DNA from: an uncultured virus (IMG/VR IMGVR_UViG_2861330777_000001)
Taxonomy: Duplodnaviria > Heunggongvirae > Uroviricota > Caudoviricetes
DNA length: 64,000 bases
Direction: 5' to 3' (one strand)
Virus record (IMG/VR): IMGVR_UViG_2861330777_000001
Both the position numbers and the translations under genes were made by a program. The stretch's first letter is position 1. The number at the start of each line of letters is the position of its first letter. This document shows, one piece after another, positions 8,238 to 18,293 of this stretch. Under the pieces are notes generated by a model. That model was not told the DNA's origin. It was given only the letters and a program-made list of their open reading frames with translations, and did not search any database.

Positions 8238-9286
8238 GTAAATGCCACCGCCCCTGCTACGCCAACTTGGACGTCCGTCAAATGGATGTTCGCCGCGCCC
8301 CCGTTAACTAGCATATTCTCGTAGTCAATTACCGTCGGGATGTCGAGTAATAAATTGGCGATTCGCGTATACCGGATGAGGTCGTCAGTGAACGCGATTG
8401 AGCTTAGGTAGTTCGCGAGTGCTTCCGAAAACTGGGCGGACACGTCTTCTAAGTCAGCGCCATCCTCTAGCGTAAGAGTGGCGGAAACATTAATAGCTAA
8501 TTCGCTCGCCCCTACTACGGTAACAATAGGGCCGACCGGCCGATTACTTTCGATGTTTGCGGTCGCCGCGTCGATGACCACTTGGTCCGGCGCCCTTCTG
8601 CTCGTACTAAGCAAGACCACCTTGACCGTATTGCCTCCATTCCAAACCGGATATACTTTTACGTCGCCCACGCCCGAAACCTCTAACGCCCATTGACGAT
8701 AATGATTGGCGTTACCGCTTGTGGACGGCCGTTGCACTCGATCCTTTAAACGCTGTAGCAACGAATGGTCATCCTCGGTGTCCACTCCCCCGGAAAAAGC
8801 CTGCGAATTAGTAACCGTGACAACCCCGTAAAGAGGGCCCGGTGCCAGTGCGCTAATAGTGCCCGCTGCAACATTACCTCCAACTCCGCCTAGTTCAGCT
8901 TCCGCTTCAACAGTCGCTGTTCCGCCCGAAAGTAACACGTCTGCCAGTGTCTCGAAAAACACGTCCTGCGCTGTTTGAACTCGTGTACCCGAAGGAACAA
9001 GCATATCTGCAGGTCCGGTAAGAGTTACGGAACCTTGCGCTTTTAGTTCCTGCTTACGGGCTACGCCGAATTCACCTGCGCGTAAATCCAAATATATGCC
9101 CTCCGTAGTCTCCGCGAAACCTAAGCCGAGAACGGAATCCAATTCGACATAAGCATGCGCTAACTCGATTGCCGCAGGATATGTCATGTCGTGTACCACC
9201 GAGCCTTCCCGCTTATCTAACGAGTCATCTACGCTAACTAACATCGCAGCATGAAGTAGTTCGGCTGTTTTATCTTCAAATGCCAT
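8234..9286 (-). CDS. Baseplate J-like protein (XkdT-like)
   Basis: DKREGS, GGVDTEDD and SGNANHYRQWA motifs. Confidence 0.92.
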   Translation of the reverse strand: MAFEDKTAELLHAAMLVSVDDSLDKREGSVVHDMTYPAAIELAHAYVELDSVLGLGFAETTEGIYLDLRAGEFGVARKQELKAQGSVTLTGPADMLVPSGTRVQTAQDVFFETLADVLLSGGTATVEAEAELGGVGGNVAAGTISALAPGPLYGVVTVTNSQAFSGGVDTEDDHSLLQRLKDRVQRPSTSGNANHYRQWALEVSGVGDVKVYPVWNGGNTVKVVLLSTSRRAPDQVVIDAATANIESNRPVGPIVTVVGASELAINVSATLTLEDGADLEDVSAQFSEALANYLSSIAFTDDLIRYTRIANLLLDIPTVIDYENMLVNGGAANIHLTDVQVGVAGAVAFT

Positions 9287-9712
9287 CTACATAGTCACCT
9301 CCAATACGAAATCTGCGTCGCTCTGTGTAGGAATTATGCGGCAACTTACGAACAGTGCGTCACCTTCCCTTGTATACTCGATATCTACTACGTCGGAAAT
9401 GCGGTCATCATATGCTAAGGTTTCGTAAATCAATCGAGGAATTTCCGCATCCAGTAAAGCAGGCGTAACATCATCTCCGATTAAACCGTGAAGCTCACAC
9501 CCATAATTGTCCGAGTAGATAGCGTACTTAGTCCTCTCAGTCATTATGGCTTTTCGGGCAAACTGGATTAGCGCAGTTTCATTATCGATAAAGCCTCCGA
9601 TTGATCCGTTTTCGAAGTCAATTGACCACGTTTTCGACGGCTCCACCGCTTGCTCTAGCGAAGAAACTGCGCTATCTAACACTTCCGTAAAGTTTTCGGG
9701 AATTAATGCCAT
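9287..9712 (-). CDS. XkdS/gp25-like baseplate protein
   Basis: TERTKYAIYSDNYGCEL and DDRI motifs. Confidence 0.85.
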   Translation of the reverse strand: MALIPENFTEVLDSAVSSLEQAVEPSKTWSIDFENGSIGGFIDNETALIQFARKAIMTERTKYAIYSDNYGCELHGLIGDDVTPALLDAEIPRLIYETLAYDDRISDVVDIEYTREGDALFVSCRIIPTQSDADFVLEVTM

Positions 9713-9996
9713 TAGATCACCGCCTTATCCATAACGAAATACATTTGCGAATCCTCGTCAGCGATCACAATTACGCTATCCCCTGACGCGAGATTTCGAG
9801 AAGCCGCCGTTGCTGTAAGGATTAGCTCCTCACGTTCCAGCTGAAGCCCATCGGAAGGCATTCGTAAAGTGAGATTCGGTGCTGGCGTTAGCACGGTCGC
9901 CACCTCGATTTTCATCTCACGGTTATGTCCGTACTTACGCATTAACTGAATCATACGGGAATCAAACGAACCTTCGATCTTTATTCGTTTATCCAT
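9712..9996 (-). CDS. XkdR-like baseplate spike protein
   Basis: Size, gene order and LASGDSVIV...YFVMDK pattern. Confidence 0.75.
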   Translation of the reverse strand: MDKRIKIEGSFDSRMIQLMRKYGHNREMKIEVATVLTPAPNLTLRMPSDGLQLEREELILTATAASRNLASGDSVIVIADEDSQMYFVMDKAVI

Positions 9997-11840
9997 TAAT
10001 CAAACACCCGCCTTACTTGCATAAAATGGTTGCCCCAGTAGCCTGTCAAATAGCTGTGTTCTTTACATCCGGACGAAGCAAGGCTTACGCAATAGCCAGA
10101 CCGCGTAACTATTCCGACGTGAGATACGCCTGCCCGATACGTACCTTTAAAGAAAACTAAGTCGCCGGCCTGCGCTTGCGGTTGCGGAATTAATCTACCT
10201 TTCGTAACTTGCGTAGAGGTTCCGTGCCCAATATCCATGCCTGCCGCTTTTGAGTAAACATATTGCGTAAAGCCTGAGCAGTCCCCGCTACCTCCAGCGA
10301 TGTTCTTTCCGCCGAAATTGTATTTCAGTTTCCCTTTGTAGCTGTTCGCAAGTTTGACGACATTAGACCGGACGTCACTTCCGCCAGAGAAACTGTCCGA
10401 GCCACCCGCCAACTCTTTCGTCCACTTATTTTCGAATTCGCTCCACCTGCCCGCTTTATTTCGCGCATCAGCACGGCCACTTCCGCGTTCAAGGATCGAT
10501 ACTTGCACGTTCTTAACTCCGAAAGCCTTCGCGTTGCTAGGTACGACCGCAATGTCGATTTTCTTACCTTTAATGGCCCCGCCCGTATCTTCCGCAAGGT
10601 ATAGACCGGAATATTCCTTCGCATTTGCTACGTATACAGCGACAACAGATCCTAAAGGTATTTTCGTAGGGTCAACGGCAATCGTGCGCCCTTCATCGAC
10701 TTTCGTACTACTAGCCGTAAGACCGGTGCCACTGCCGTTTATACCGCCAAGCGCTGGCGCATAAGCCGTCGCAATATAGCCGGTTTCGTACACAATACCG
10801 TCGATTTTCTTGCCGTCTATCGTAGTACTGCTGGCCTCTTCTTCTTCCGGCGCCTCATACTCGATTTCGTTAAGCTCGAGAACGTGCGATACTTTTAGTG
10901 ACATCGTGTGCATTCCGCTCGCATCGAACGTATGGGAATCGGTTATGACGTAAAAGCCACCGCTAATGCCCGTCATTCTTTCGTAAACTTGAACGGATTT
11001 ACCTGCGAAAACGGACGTATCTCCAAGCGCTTCAACGTCAGATTCCTTCGTAACCTTATTGAGCTCGGCAAGCAACGCATTAGCAACGGGCGTAAGCTGT
11101 GCGTCGGTCATTTCGCTTTCATGCCTTTTTTCACGCATGAGTCCGTATCTTTTAATCGACGCATCGTTACCTACCGTTACTCCTGACGAATCCTCTCCCG
11201 CCTTTCCTGTGATCCGGACAGAGTTGCGTAAATCTTCAATTGACTCCGTGTAATTTGCATTAATCAAGTTAGTGCTATCCGATATAATCAAACGAACAAC
11301 TTGCGATTTGCGCTCGCGGAGAACAAGTTTTCCAACTTCGTTAGTCAGCAAAAAAACCTTTCCGGTCTTCTTTCGAGTCTCCGTCAAGGCTATCGTAATC
11401 ATATCGTATATCGTTTTATCTCGCAGAATAAGCTGGGGAATGACGTAGCCGGTGTCCTCAATTGTGCCATAAGCAATTCCGTACTTCTTACAAATCGACG
11501 CAATAATTTGCGAGGCTTTCTGATTAGTGAATTTCATTGTGTCCGTATTCTTCGTGAGGTAATAGTTATAGTCGTGTGCCGTGAACGAGAAGGTTCCGTC
11601 GCTACGTACATCCGTTTCGAATATGACTCCGCGGAAAATCTCGCGGTCGTCCTTATAAACGCGTACGGAGTTTCCGACAGTTACGCTAACAGCCTTGGCC
11701 TCGCCATCTAATGTGTTAATTAGCGAAACTTCTACTTGGCGACTTGCCGTCGTAGTATCTCCCGACCATGTGACCGAGGTAACTAGTGGCGTCAAATAGT
11801 AAACTTCACTTCCTACGTAATAAGTAACGCCAATACTCAT
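9996..11840 (-). CDS. XkdQ-like baseplate hub fused to 3D and NlpC/P60 peptidoglycan hydrolase domains
   Basis: Hub-like N-terminus; ATAY...IAVDP...AEDTGGAIKGKKIDI (3D); DCSGFTQYVY...SHVGI (NlpC/P60). Confidence 0.9.
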   Translation of the reverse strand: MSIGVTYYVGSEVYYLTPLVTSVTWSGDTTTASRQVEVSLINTLDGEAKAVSVTVGNSVRVYKDDREIFRGVIFETDVRSDGTFSFTAHDYNYYLTKNTDTMKFTNQKASQIIASICKKYGIAYGTIEDTGYVIPQLILRDKTIYDMITIALTETRKKTGKVFLLTNEVGKLVLRERKSQVVRLIISDSTNLINANYTESIEDLRNSVRITGKAGEDSSGVTVGNDASIKRYGLMREKRHESEMTDAQLTPVANALLAELNKVTKESDVEALGDTSVFAGKSVQVYERMTGISGGFYVITDSHTFDASGMHTMSLKVSHVLELNEIEYEAPEEEEASSTTIDGKKIDGIVYETGYIATAYAPALGGINGSGTGLTASSTKVDEGRTIAVDPTKIPLGSVVAVYVANAKEYSGLYLAEDTGGAIKGKKIDIAVVPSNAKAFGVKNVQVSILERGSGRADARNKAGRWSEFENKWTKELAGGSDSFSGGSDVRSNVVKLANSYKGKLKYNFGGKNIAGGSGDCSGFTQYVYSKAAGMDIGHGTSTQVTKGRLIPQPQAQAGDLVFFKGTYRAGVSHVGIVTRSGYCVSLASSGCKEHSYLTGYWGNHFMQVRRVFD

Positions 11841-12502
11841 CGCGGAATCACCAACTTTTGGCCCGCCTTGATGCTGTTAGGATTCTTACCAATTACTTTC
11901 ACGTTGGCGTTATATATACGACGCCACTGATCGCCATCACCGTAGATTTCGGGTCGTTTGGCGATTTTCCACAAGCTATCGTTCGCCTTAACAGTATACG
12001 AGGTTACTTTCGCAGGCTTTGCGGCAGACGGACGACTTGCGGATGTAGTTGGCTTTTTCGCAGGCTTTGACGTGTCAACCTTCGTCACTTTTAGCTCGCG
12101 CCACTCTTTTAGTACTAGCGTAAAATAAACGTCACCAGGTGAACCACCTCTTTCCGCTTCAACATCGAACTCACGAATCGTTGCTGAAATATTGACACCG
12201 CCTTCGCCCGTAATAATAAGCTGAATCGGCTTACGCCCATTTCGCCAGTTCTCGATATAATTTATAAAACGTTGCGGCGTAGTGAACGTCGAATAACTGC
12301 AATAAGTCGGATTATAATCGCGAGGCCAAAAAGTTGAAATAGTAAACTCACGCAAGCCGCGTCTACCTATCGTCGTTATTTCTCCAAGACCTTCTACCTC
12401 CGTGTCTGTAAATGAGAACGGAGAAACGTACGAATTAGATTCGGGATTGACCGGCAGGCGCAGCCTGGTTTTTCCGTTAACTAGCCAAAATTCTACGGTC
12501 AT
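11837..12502 (-). CDS. XkdP-like LysM tail tube initiator
   Basis: LPVNPE N-terminus; YTVKANDSLWKIA...GQKLVIP LysM domain. Confidence 0.9.
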   Translation of the reverse strand: MTVEFWLVNGKTRLRLPVNPESNSYVSPFSFTDTEVEGLGEITTIGRRGLREFTISTFWPRDYNPTYCSYSTFTTPQRFINYIENWRNGRKPIQLIITGEGGVNISATIREFDVEAERGGSPGDVYFTLVLKEWRELKVTKVDTSKPAKKPTTSASRPSAAKPAKVTSYTVKANDSLWKIAKRPEIYGDGDQWRRIYNANVKVIGKNPNSIKAGQKLVIPR

Positions 12503-14139
12503 GCGCCCGCACCTCCTGCACGTTCTACTTTTTTCACGAATAGCTCGAATAGTTTCTCCGCATCTTTTTCAGTCGAGCCCGAACCGTTTAGAGTTACGTT
12601 AAACTGGTACGTATTACCTCCGCTTTTTCCGGCACGGTAGTCCGCAGCTTCACCTCGAGGAAGTACCGCCTCGTCCTTGTGTAGTCGATATAACCCATCG
12701 GAATGGACTCGGTTTGCCCCACCATTACGTGATCCTTTTGATTTCGGTGCGGAGTTCGAATTATCCTCGGAAGTCTTATTGTTTTTTAGCCACCGCCTTA
12801 AGAAAAATCCGCCGACGGTTTCTGTTGCCTTTTTCTTCGCCCATCTTGCGCTGTCATCCGGGCTCCCTAGCGCTGACATGATAAACGAGTCCTTTACGGC
12901 GGCATTAAATCCGTCCATGACCCCTTGCCCGATTGCCCCTCCGATTTTAACTGCGACCGGCAGAATAGCAGGCATAGAAGCGTCAATTGCGGCCGCCAAC
13001 GTTTGGACTAAGACTTCGCTCGCTGCTTGTATTTTCGCTGAACCTTCCGAATCAAGCCATTTAATGAATCGCGCGTAAATATCCGATATGATAAAGTCCA
13101 CTTTTCCGTAAACGGTTGTCTGCTCCTTAAATTCTTCCGAGGCGGTGAGTGCGGTAAACCATTCGTAGATTCGCAATACCCCGTTCGTAAGACCGGTTAG
13201 AATGGCCTTAATCCAACGGGCGCCTACGTTAGCAAAACGGTCAAGCTCGCCGTTTTCCAGTTTGCCGAGTATGTTATTTAAAAAGTCTGTGACAACCGCA
13301 AGTGAGGGCTCCCCCATCTTTCTTAATTCTTTTGCAAGAGACTCTTTAACACGGTTGAATACCCCGATTGTCGTTTCGCCCGCTTTGTCTATCATCTTCG
13401 TAGTCATCCCAATTTTATTGAAATACTTATCGAGTTCGACAAGCTGCTGTTCAAGCGGGAGGTCTTTAATCGCATTCATAACCTTTAGAGGAAATTCGAA
13501 CCTTCTAACCATACTGATTGCACTGCCCGAAAATATCTCACGCAGGGCAAAAACTGCTCCTTCTACGCCTTGATAAGGATCTATGGCTGCCATACGTTCA
13601 GCAAGCGACCAAGCTTTTTCCAACTGTCTAATATCCTTCGTCATTGTAATGAATGATTTAGAATTCCCGTACATATCTTGTGAGTTCATAATTGGTGAAT
13701 CTATTGCGTATGAATCAACCATATCCGTATATTGCTTGGCTAGTTTACTGTCGTTAAAAAGTGCGCCAATCATTACTTCGGAATTTTCGAATTTAGCAGC
13801 TGCACCCACGGTAGCCTCGAATACCTTGGCTGCTCCTCTCGCCGCTTCATATGCCAAATAAACACCGCCAATAGCCGATGCTAACCCTCCAAGACTCGTT
13901 ATCGCAGAGCCAATACTTCTTCCCGCGTTGCCTAGACCTCTACTAAACGAGTCGGTAGCACGTGACGCGCTTCCTGCTTGTGACGCATATTGTCCTAGCG
14001 AGTTACGTAAGCGCCCTTGGCTATCACGCCAAAGACCTGCTTGGCGGTTAGCTCGCTCCATCGCGCGAGTTGCGCGATCCAACCCTCTATTAAAATTCGC
14101 AGAATCGAGCCTTAAGATAGCACGCAAATCGAATGCGAT
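12499..14139 (-). CDS. Tape measure protein (about 546 aa), probable ATC start
   Basis: Helical Ala/Gly-rich sequence upstream of XkdP-like gene; AAAGGAGG lies 8 nt before ATC GCA TTC GAT. Confidence 0.8.
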   Translation of the reverse strand: MAFDLRAILRLDSANFNRGLDRATRAMERANRQAGLWRDSQGRLRNSLGQYASQAGSASRATDSFSRGLGNAGRSIGSAITSLGGLASAIGGVYLAYEAARGAAKVFEATVGAAAKFENSEVMIGALFNDSKLAKQYTDMVDSYAIDSPIMNSQDMYGNSKSFITMTKDIRQLEKAWSLAERMAAIDPYQGVEGAVFALREIFSGSAISMVRRFEFPLKVMNAIKDLPLEQQLVELDKYFNKIGMTTKMIDKAGETTIGVFNRVKESLAKELRKMGEPSLAVVTDFLNNILGKLENGELDRFANVGARWIKAILTGLTNGVLRIYEWFTALTASEEFKEQTTVYGKVDFIISDIYARFIKWLDSEGSAKIQAASEVLVQTLAAAIDASMPAILPVAVKIGGAIGQGVMDGFNAAVKDSFIMSALGSPDDSARWAKKKATETVGGFFLRRWLKNNKTSEDNSNSAPKSKGSRNGGANRVHSDGLYRLHKDEAVLPRGEAADYRAGKSGGNTYQFNVTLNGSGSTEKDAEKLFELFVKKVERAGGAGA

Positions 14140-14173
14140 ATAGTCGTCCTCCTTTCTGCAAAACAAAAAGGCG

Positions 14174-15514
14174 TCACAATCCCGACACCTCTTGTTCTAA
14201 AATATTCTCAATGTTATCAAACTCGTAGTATGGTATCCTTACGAGTTTAATACCTTTTCTTAAACAATACGTCGTTTTTATTTCATCTAACACTTTTCTC
14301 TTTCGGAAAGCTTCGTGCCCTCCAAAGAATTTAATCGGTTTAAAATGCTGTTCACCGTCGAACTCAATCAAACATTTAATATTGCTGTCACCATTTAACA
14401 CACAGAAGTCAAAGGGGAGGGGTTTGATATGTCTACAATCGTCAAACTTATATTGCTTGTGAAACTTTATATCTTTAGATTTTAGATAATCTTCAACCCT
14501 ACTTTCTCCGTGAGTAGTATTAGCCCCGCAAGATGGACATTTAATGCCCCGCAATAAGGAAGTAGCACTCCTAGAGAACTCTGTTCCACAATCAGTACAC
14601 TTAGCTGTGATTAGTTTAAACGCGCCTACATACTCGCTTACTATCGCTATGCTACCAGAGTACTTTTCCTCAATCTGTTCGACAAAAATACCATGTGGTT
14701 TTGTTTGTGATTCTACACGTTTCTTAAATGAGCAGGCGGTACAAGGTACTTCTCTAGTATTGAAGTCATAGGGCAACTTATCAAACCTTTCTCCGCAAAC
14801 TACGTGCAGATATGTTACGTGTTCGTTTGAGTTATTATAATTAGATAAAACGAGATATTCTCCATTAGTATTTTCTACAACCTCACGTTTATATGACCCC
14901 GAATCGACTACGCCTTGCGCACATTTAGGACAAGCGTATTTCGCGTTTATTATCGTATATGGTTTAGTAAAGAAATTAAAGCCGTGCTTTTGGCATCTAA
15001 ATTCGGTATTCGTTAAACTATCTACATACTTAGTTACAACTAAAATATTTCCGTTAAATTTCTCCTTAATTTCTAGTGCGAAATCCTCGCGAGATTTTCT
15101 CCTCTTAATGCCCCCTGCTATTAACGCACATTTTGGACAACGTTTACCGTTTACAAAGTTACTGGGTCTAACTTTATATTCGTGACCGCAAACTATGTGT
15201 TTTATGTCAATTGACTTGAACATCCCTTCGTACTGTGAACGAAGTTCATACTCACCTTTCGATAAATCGGCGAAAGATTTTAAAAATACAACTTCGTGGT
15301 TTTTAACGCGAGTCTTTGCGGCGTTGTAACATTCAGGGCATTTCTGTCCTCTACTTTTAATCTTATCGGGAGTAGCCTCGTAGATATTACCGCAAGAATG
15401 CTTAATTCTTACTTTTGTTTTAGCGCTGACATACTCAGTTAGTACTTCATAGCCTTCGCCAAGTATTTCCGATACCTCTTTTATAAATTCCTCGTTTGTT
15501 TTACGTACCGCCAC
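14174..15514 (-). CDS. Free-standing homing-type endonuclease: zinc-ribbon repeats plus Vsr/PD-(D/E)XK-like domain
   Basis: Repeated HxxCG...CPxC units; C-terminal PFDF...IEFDGEQHF...VRIPY; AT-rich. Confidence 0.75.
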   Translation of the reverse strand: MAVRKTNEEFIKEVSEILGEGYEVLTEYVSAKTKVRIKHSCGNIYEATPDKIKSRGQKCPECYNAAKTRVKNHEVVFLKSFADLSKGEYELRSQYEGMFKSIDIKHIVCGHEYKVRPSNFVNGKRCPKCALIAGGIKRRKSREDFALEIKEKFNGNILVVTKYVDSLTNTEFRCQKHGFNFFTKPYTIINAKYACPKCAQGVVDSGSYKREVVENTNGEYLVLSNYNNSNEHVTYLHVVCGERFDKLPYDFNTREVPCTACSFKKRVESQTKPHGIFVEQIEEKYSGSIAIVSEYVGAFKLITAKCTDCGTEFSRSATSLLRGIKCPSCGANTTHGESRVEDYLKSKDIKFHKQYKFDDCRHIKPLPFDFCVLNGDSNIKCLIEFDGEQHFKPIKFFGGHEAFRKRKVLDEIKTTYCLRKGIKLVRIPYYEFDNIENILEQEVSGL

Positions 15515-15698
15515 CGTAATTCCTCCCCTTAGTTTCGTCAGACTTTCGTTAAAACGGATTAATTCAGCCGCTATATCGAGCGACCGACGTATTAAAGGGC
15601 GTTTTTAAAATTCACCCTACTATATAAGCCGCGTGAGTTCGGATTTCCGCGCACCCACTATACAATAGGCATGAACTAACAAATTCGCGCAGTTTACG

Positions 15699-15866
15699 CT
15701 ATTTTTTCTTCGATTCTTCTAACTCTTCCTCCGCCACCAATAGCGAAGCATACATAAAATTACGTATGCGCTTAGGCTTGTTGTAAACCTCGTCGGGCGG
15801 GATGTTTTTATCGCGAAATAGCACATGCAAGAAATACGCCTCCCGCTCCGACTTTATTAGTTTTTT
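15699..15866 (-). CDS. -1 frameshift extension of the tail assembly chaperone
   Basis: Slippery A AAA AAC at 15866-15860 before TAA; -1 frame is open for 53 codons (LIKSEREAYFLH...ESKKK). Confidence 0.8.
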   Translation of the reverse strand, partial: KKLIKSEREAYFLHVLFRDKNIPPDEVYNKPKRIRNFMYASLLVAEEELEESKKK

Positions 15867-16249
15867 GCTTCTTCGATTTCTTCCTCGCCATCATCAAATC
15901 CGGATAGACGTAGAATAGCTTCTTGAAGAGTTTTAAGTTCTCCTACGTATAGCGATTTCGAAACCGCATCCTGTGCGTCCTTCGCGCCAAACTTTTTAAT
16001 GACTTGCGTATCGGAAAAATCCGGATCAGTCACACCGGTAGCGACCAATAACGCATCAAGCTCTGAGTCATTAATTGTAGTGGTCTGACTGCTACCTTTC
16101 CCCGTTGTGTAGGACGCTTGCTCACGTATTTCGTAATACTCGTCGTTAGTGATCGCCTTAATTTTGAAATTAACGCCAAACCTCTTAATATAGACTTCCT
16201 TCGTTGGTTCTGAATCGTATGATAAAAAAGCGTGTAATACCTCGCTCAT
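15857..16249 (-). CDS. Tail assembly chaperone (XkdN-like)
   Basis: Follows tube gene; DPDFSD...LYVGE...RLSGF...EEAKN pattern. Confidence 0.88.
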   Translation of the reverse strand: MSEVLHAFLSYDSEPTKEVYIKRFGVNFKIKAITNDEYYEIREQASYTTGKGSSQTTTINDSELDALLVATGVTDPDFSDTQVIKKFGAKDAQDAVSKSLYVGELKTLQEAILRLSGFDDGEEEIEEAKN

Positions 16250-16308
16250 ATTCCGTCACTCCTTCGTTTTAGTTTCGTAAGTAAAAGGAGAGCAAAAGCC
16301 CTCCCGTT

Positions 16309-16731
16309 TTATAGATACTCGAATCCTGAGAACGTAAATGGCGTCTCTTCCATAACTAGCGACTTCATTTCGTACTTCAGAATCGGAATTGAATCGAACT
16401 GTACTCCTTTTAATCGGACCCACGCTTTATCTGCGCTCTCAGGATCGTCGAGCTTCATTACAAGCTCCGTCACAAACGACCCTTTCGAATCGTTCGCCAC
16501 TTGCGCAATCTGTTTCGCCAACTTCGTCGTAACTTTATAACCTGTCATAGCTCCCGAATACGTAATTCCGGTTACTTTATGTCCAGTTACACGCGTACCG
16601 GCCCGATGTACTTCTTCCTTCGTAATCTCACCTTGCGCTTCTGCTGACTGGACGTTAGTTAACCATTCGCCATCTGCCGAATACATTTTCCCGAAACTAC
16701 CGTTGAGCGTTTTCGTAGAATCTAATGTCAT
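16309..16731 (-). CDS. Tail tube protein (XkdM-like)
   Basis: NGSFG, KLDDP and EETPFTF motifs. Confidence 0.92.
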   Translation of the reverse strand: MTLDSTKTLNGSFGKMYSADGEWLTNVQSAEAQGEITKEEVHRAGTRVTGHKVTGITYSGAMTGYKVTTKLAKQIAQVANDSKGSFVTELVMKLDDPESADKAWVRLKGVQFDSIPILKYEMKSLVMEETPFTFSGFEYL

Positions 16732-16760
16732 ACGTTATACCTCCGTCCCTTATTCGTTTA

Positions 16761-17810
16761 TCAAACGTTAATTGTTAAGAAAATACGTTCCATCGAATCA
16801 ATTTCGCGGTAACCAATCGCAAGGAATACGCTATCGCCAATGCTAGGTCTTTGCGGATCGAGACCCACCGAAAGGTCCGTTAGCACGTTGTTTACTTCCA
16901 TCGTTTCGAGGTACGCTTTAATCGCGTTAATTAGCGCCATCTGCCCGTCTTCGTTGTTGTCGAGTTTGCCGATATAGTTGTCGCGCGCCGTCTTTTCGAT
17001 GTCCGTGGCGATTTGCTGGCGAGCACTAATCGAGCGAATCTTCGTTTTATTCGTCGTCAAGCCTTGCTCGATCTTCACCTTTTCGCCGTCATTGACGAGA
17101 ACCATCGAGCCTGCTTCTAGCGCCGTCACAACTTCGCTATTTCGTAGGCGTTTCGTCACATCGTCGACTGCCACTTGCGTAAATGTAATCGACCGGTTGA
17201 TCGGCGTTCCTGCGACAAGCCCCGCAATAAAAGCCGCGTATTGCCCGCTTGAATATTCCGTACCGTCGATTGTTACGCCAGTGATGAGGTTTACAACGTA
17301 GTCGTCCTTCAGCGCAATCGAACGAGTATTTCCGGTCGCTGGCGTAGCATCTTCCGCAGAAGTTCCGCCCGTTACGAAAGTGAAATGCTTGCGTTCATTG
17401 CGGTTTGTTTGAAGCCAAGCCAACGTATTTGTTCGCTCAGTCGCGCTAGGTTCTCCGTCGAATACGAAAACATTAAACGGCCTTGCTTCGTATGCATTGC
17501 GCATATCAACGTAGTCCGCCGTTACTGGTGATGCTGGCATCGTATATACGAGTACCTCTTTCGCCCCGCCTCGTAGCGCTAATTTAATCGAAGTAATATT
17601 TGCCGAACCAAATAGCGCGACTGCCTCCGCCTCTTTTTCGACGGTGTAGAATGTTTTAGCTGTCGCCGACCCGCCGGAATACGTCTTTAACGGAATTGCT
17701 ACGATACCTCGCACGCCTCCGCTAATTTGCGCGATGGCAGCTTCGACGAAATTCGTATATAAGCCCGGTCTAATTGGCGGATTTAACGGGTCCCATTGCG
17801 TAATTGCCAT
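16761..17810 (-). CDS. Tail sheath protein (XkdK-like)
   Basis: RPGLYTNF, YIGKLDN and DSMERIF motifs. Confidence 0.92.
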   Translation of the reverse strand: MAITQWDPLNPPIRPGLYTNFVEAAIAQISGGVRGIVAIPLKTYSGGSATAKTFYTVEKEAEAVALFGSANITSIKLALRGGAKEVLVYTMPASPVTADYVDMRNAYEARPFNVFVFDGEPSATERTNTLAWLQTNRNERKHFTFVTGGTSAEDATPATGNTRSIALKDDYVVNLITGVTIDGTEYSSGQYAAFIAGLVAGTPINRSITFTQVAVDDVTKRLRNSEVVTALEAGSMVLVNDGEKVKIEQGLTTNKTKIRSISARQQIATDIEKTARDNYIGKLDNNEDGQMALINAIKAYLETMEVNNVLTDLSVGLDPQRPSIGDSVFLAIGYREIDSMERIFLTINV

Positions 17811-17824
17811 TTAATCGTCCTCCT

Positions 17825-18292
17825 TTATTTCTTAATTTCAATCGTTAATTGCGGCGTTGTTACACCGACATGTTCGACTTTCGGATACGTAATCTGACCG
17901 CGAGCCTCCCGCAAATTAACTTCTAACATGCCGATAATCGCGAACACGCCCGACTCCGTTTTAAACGGTTCGGACAACGAAAAAGACTCGATACGTAAGT
18001 ACCGAGTCGTTCCTTTTAGCGGAATTACCATTTCGTTATTAAATAGACGTTCGAGGGGTTGCGCTTTGGTGAGGCAGTCTAACTCGCTTATTCCGATATA
18101 GACGAACTGATATGTGCGATCGTGGCGGTAATGGTAGCCGGTTTCTGTTTCGCTCACCCCGCCTTTGTACTGAATTATTAAGTCTTCCGCTCTAAATTCA
18201 GTCGGCATAAATTGCAATTTAAACGCAACCGTCGGCATCATCGGAGCCACGAAATCGCGTAAGCTCTGTATCTCGTTTTTAATGTCCGCCAT
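17825..18292 (-). CDS. Tail terminator/completion protein
   Basis: Position between neck genes and sheath. Confidence 0.6.
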   Translation of the reverse strand: MADIKNEIQSLRDFVAPMMPTVAFKLQFMPTEFRAEDLIIQYKGGVSETETGYHYRHDRTYQFVYIGISELDCLTKAQPLERLFNNEMVIPLKGTTRYLRIESFSLSEPFKTESGVFAIIGMLEVNLREARGQITYPKVEHVGVTTPQLTIEIKK

Positions 18293-18293
18293 T

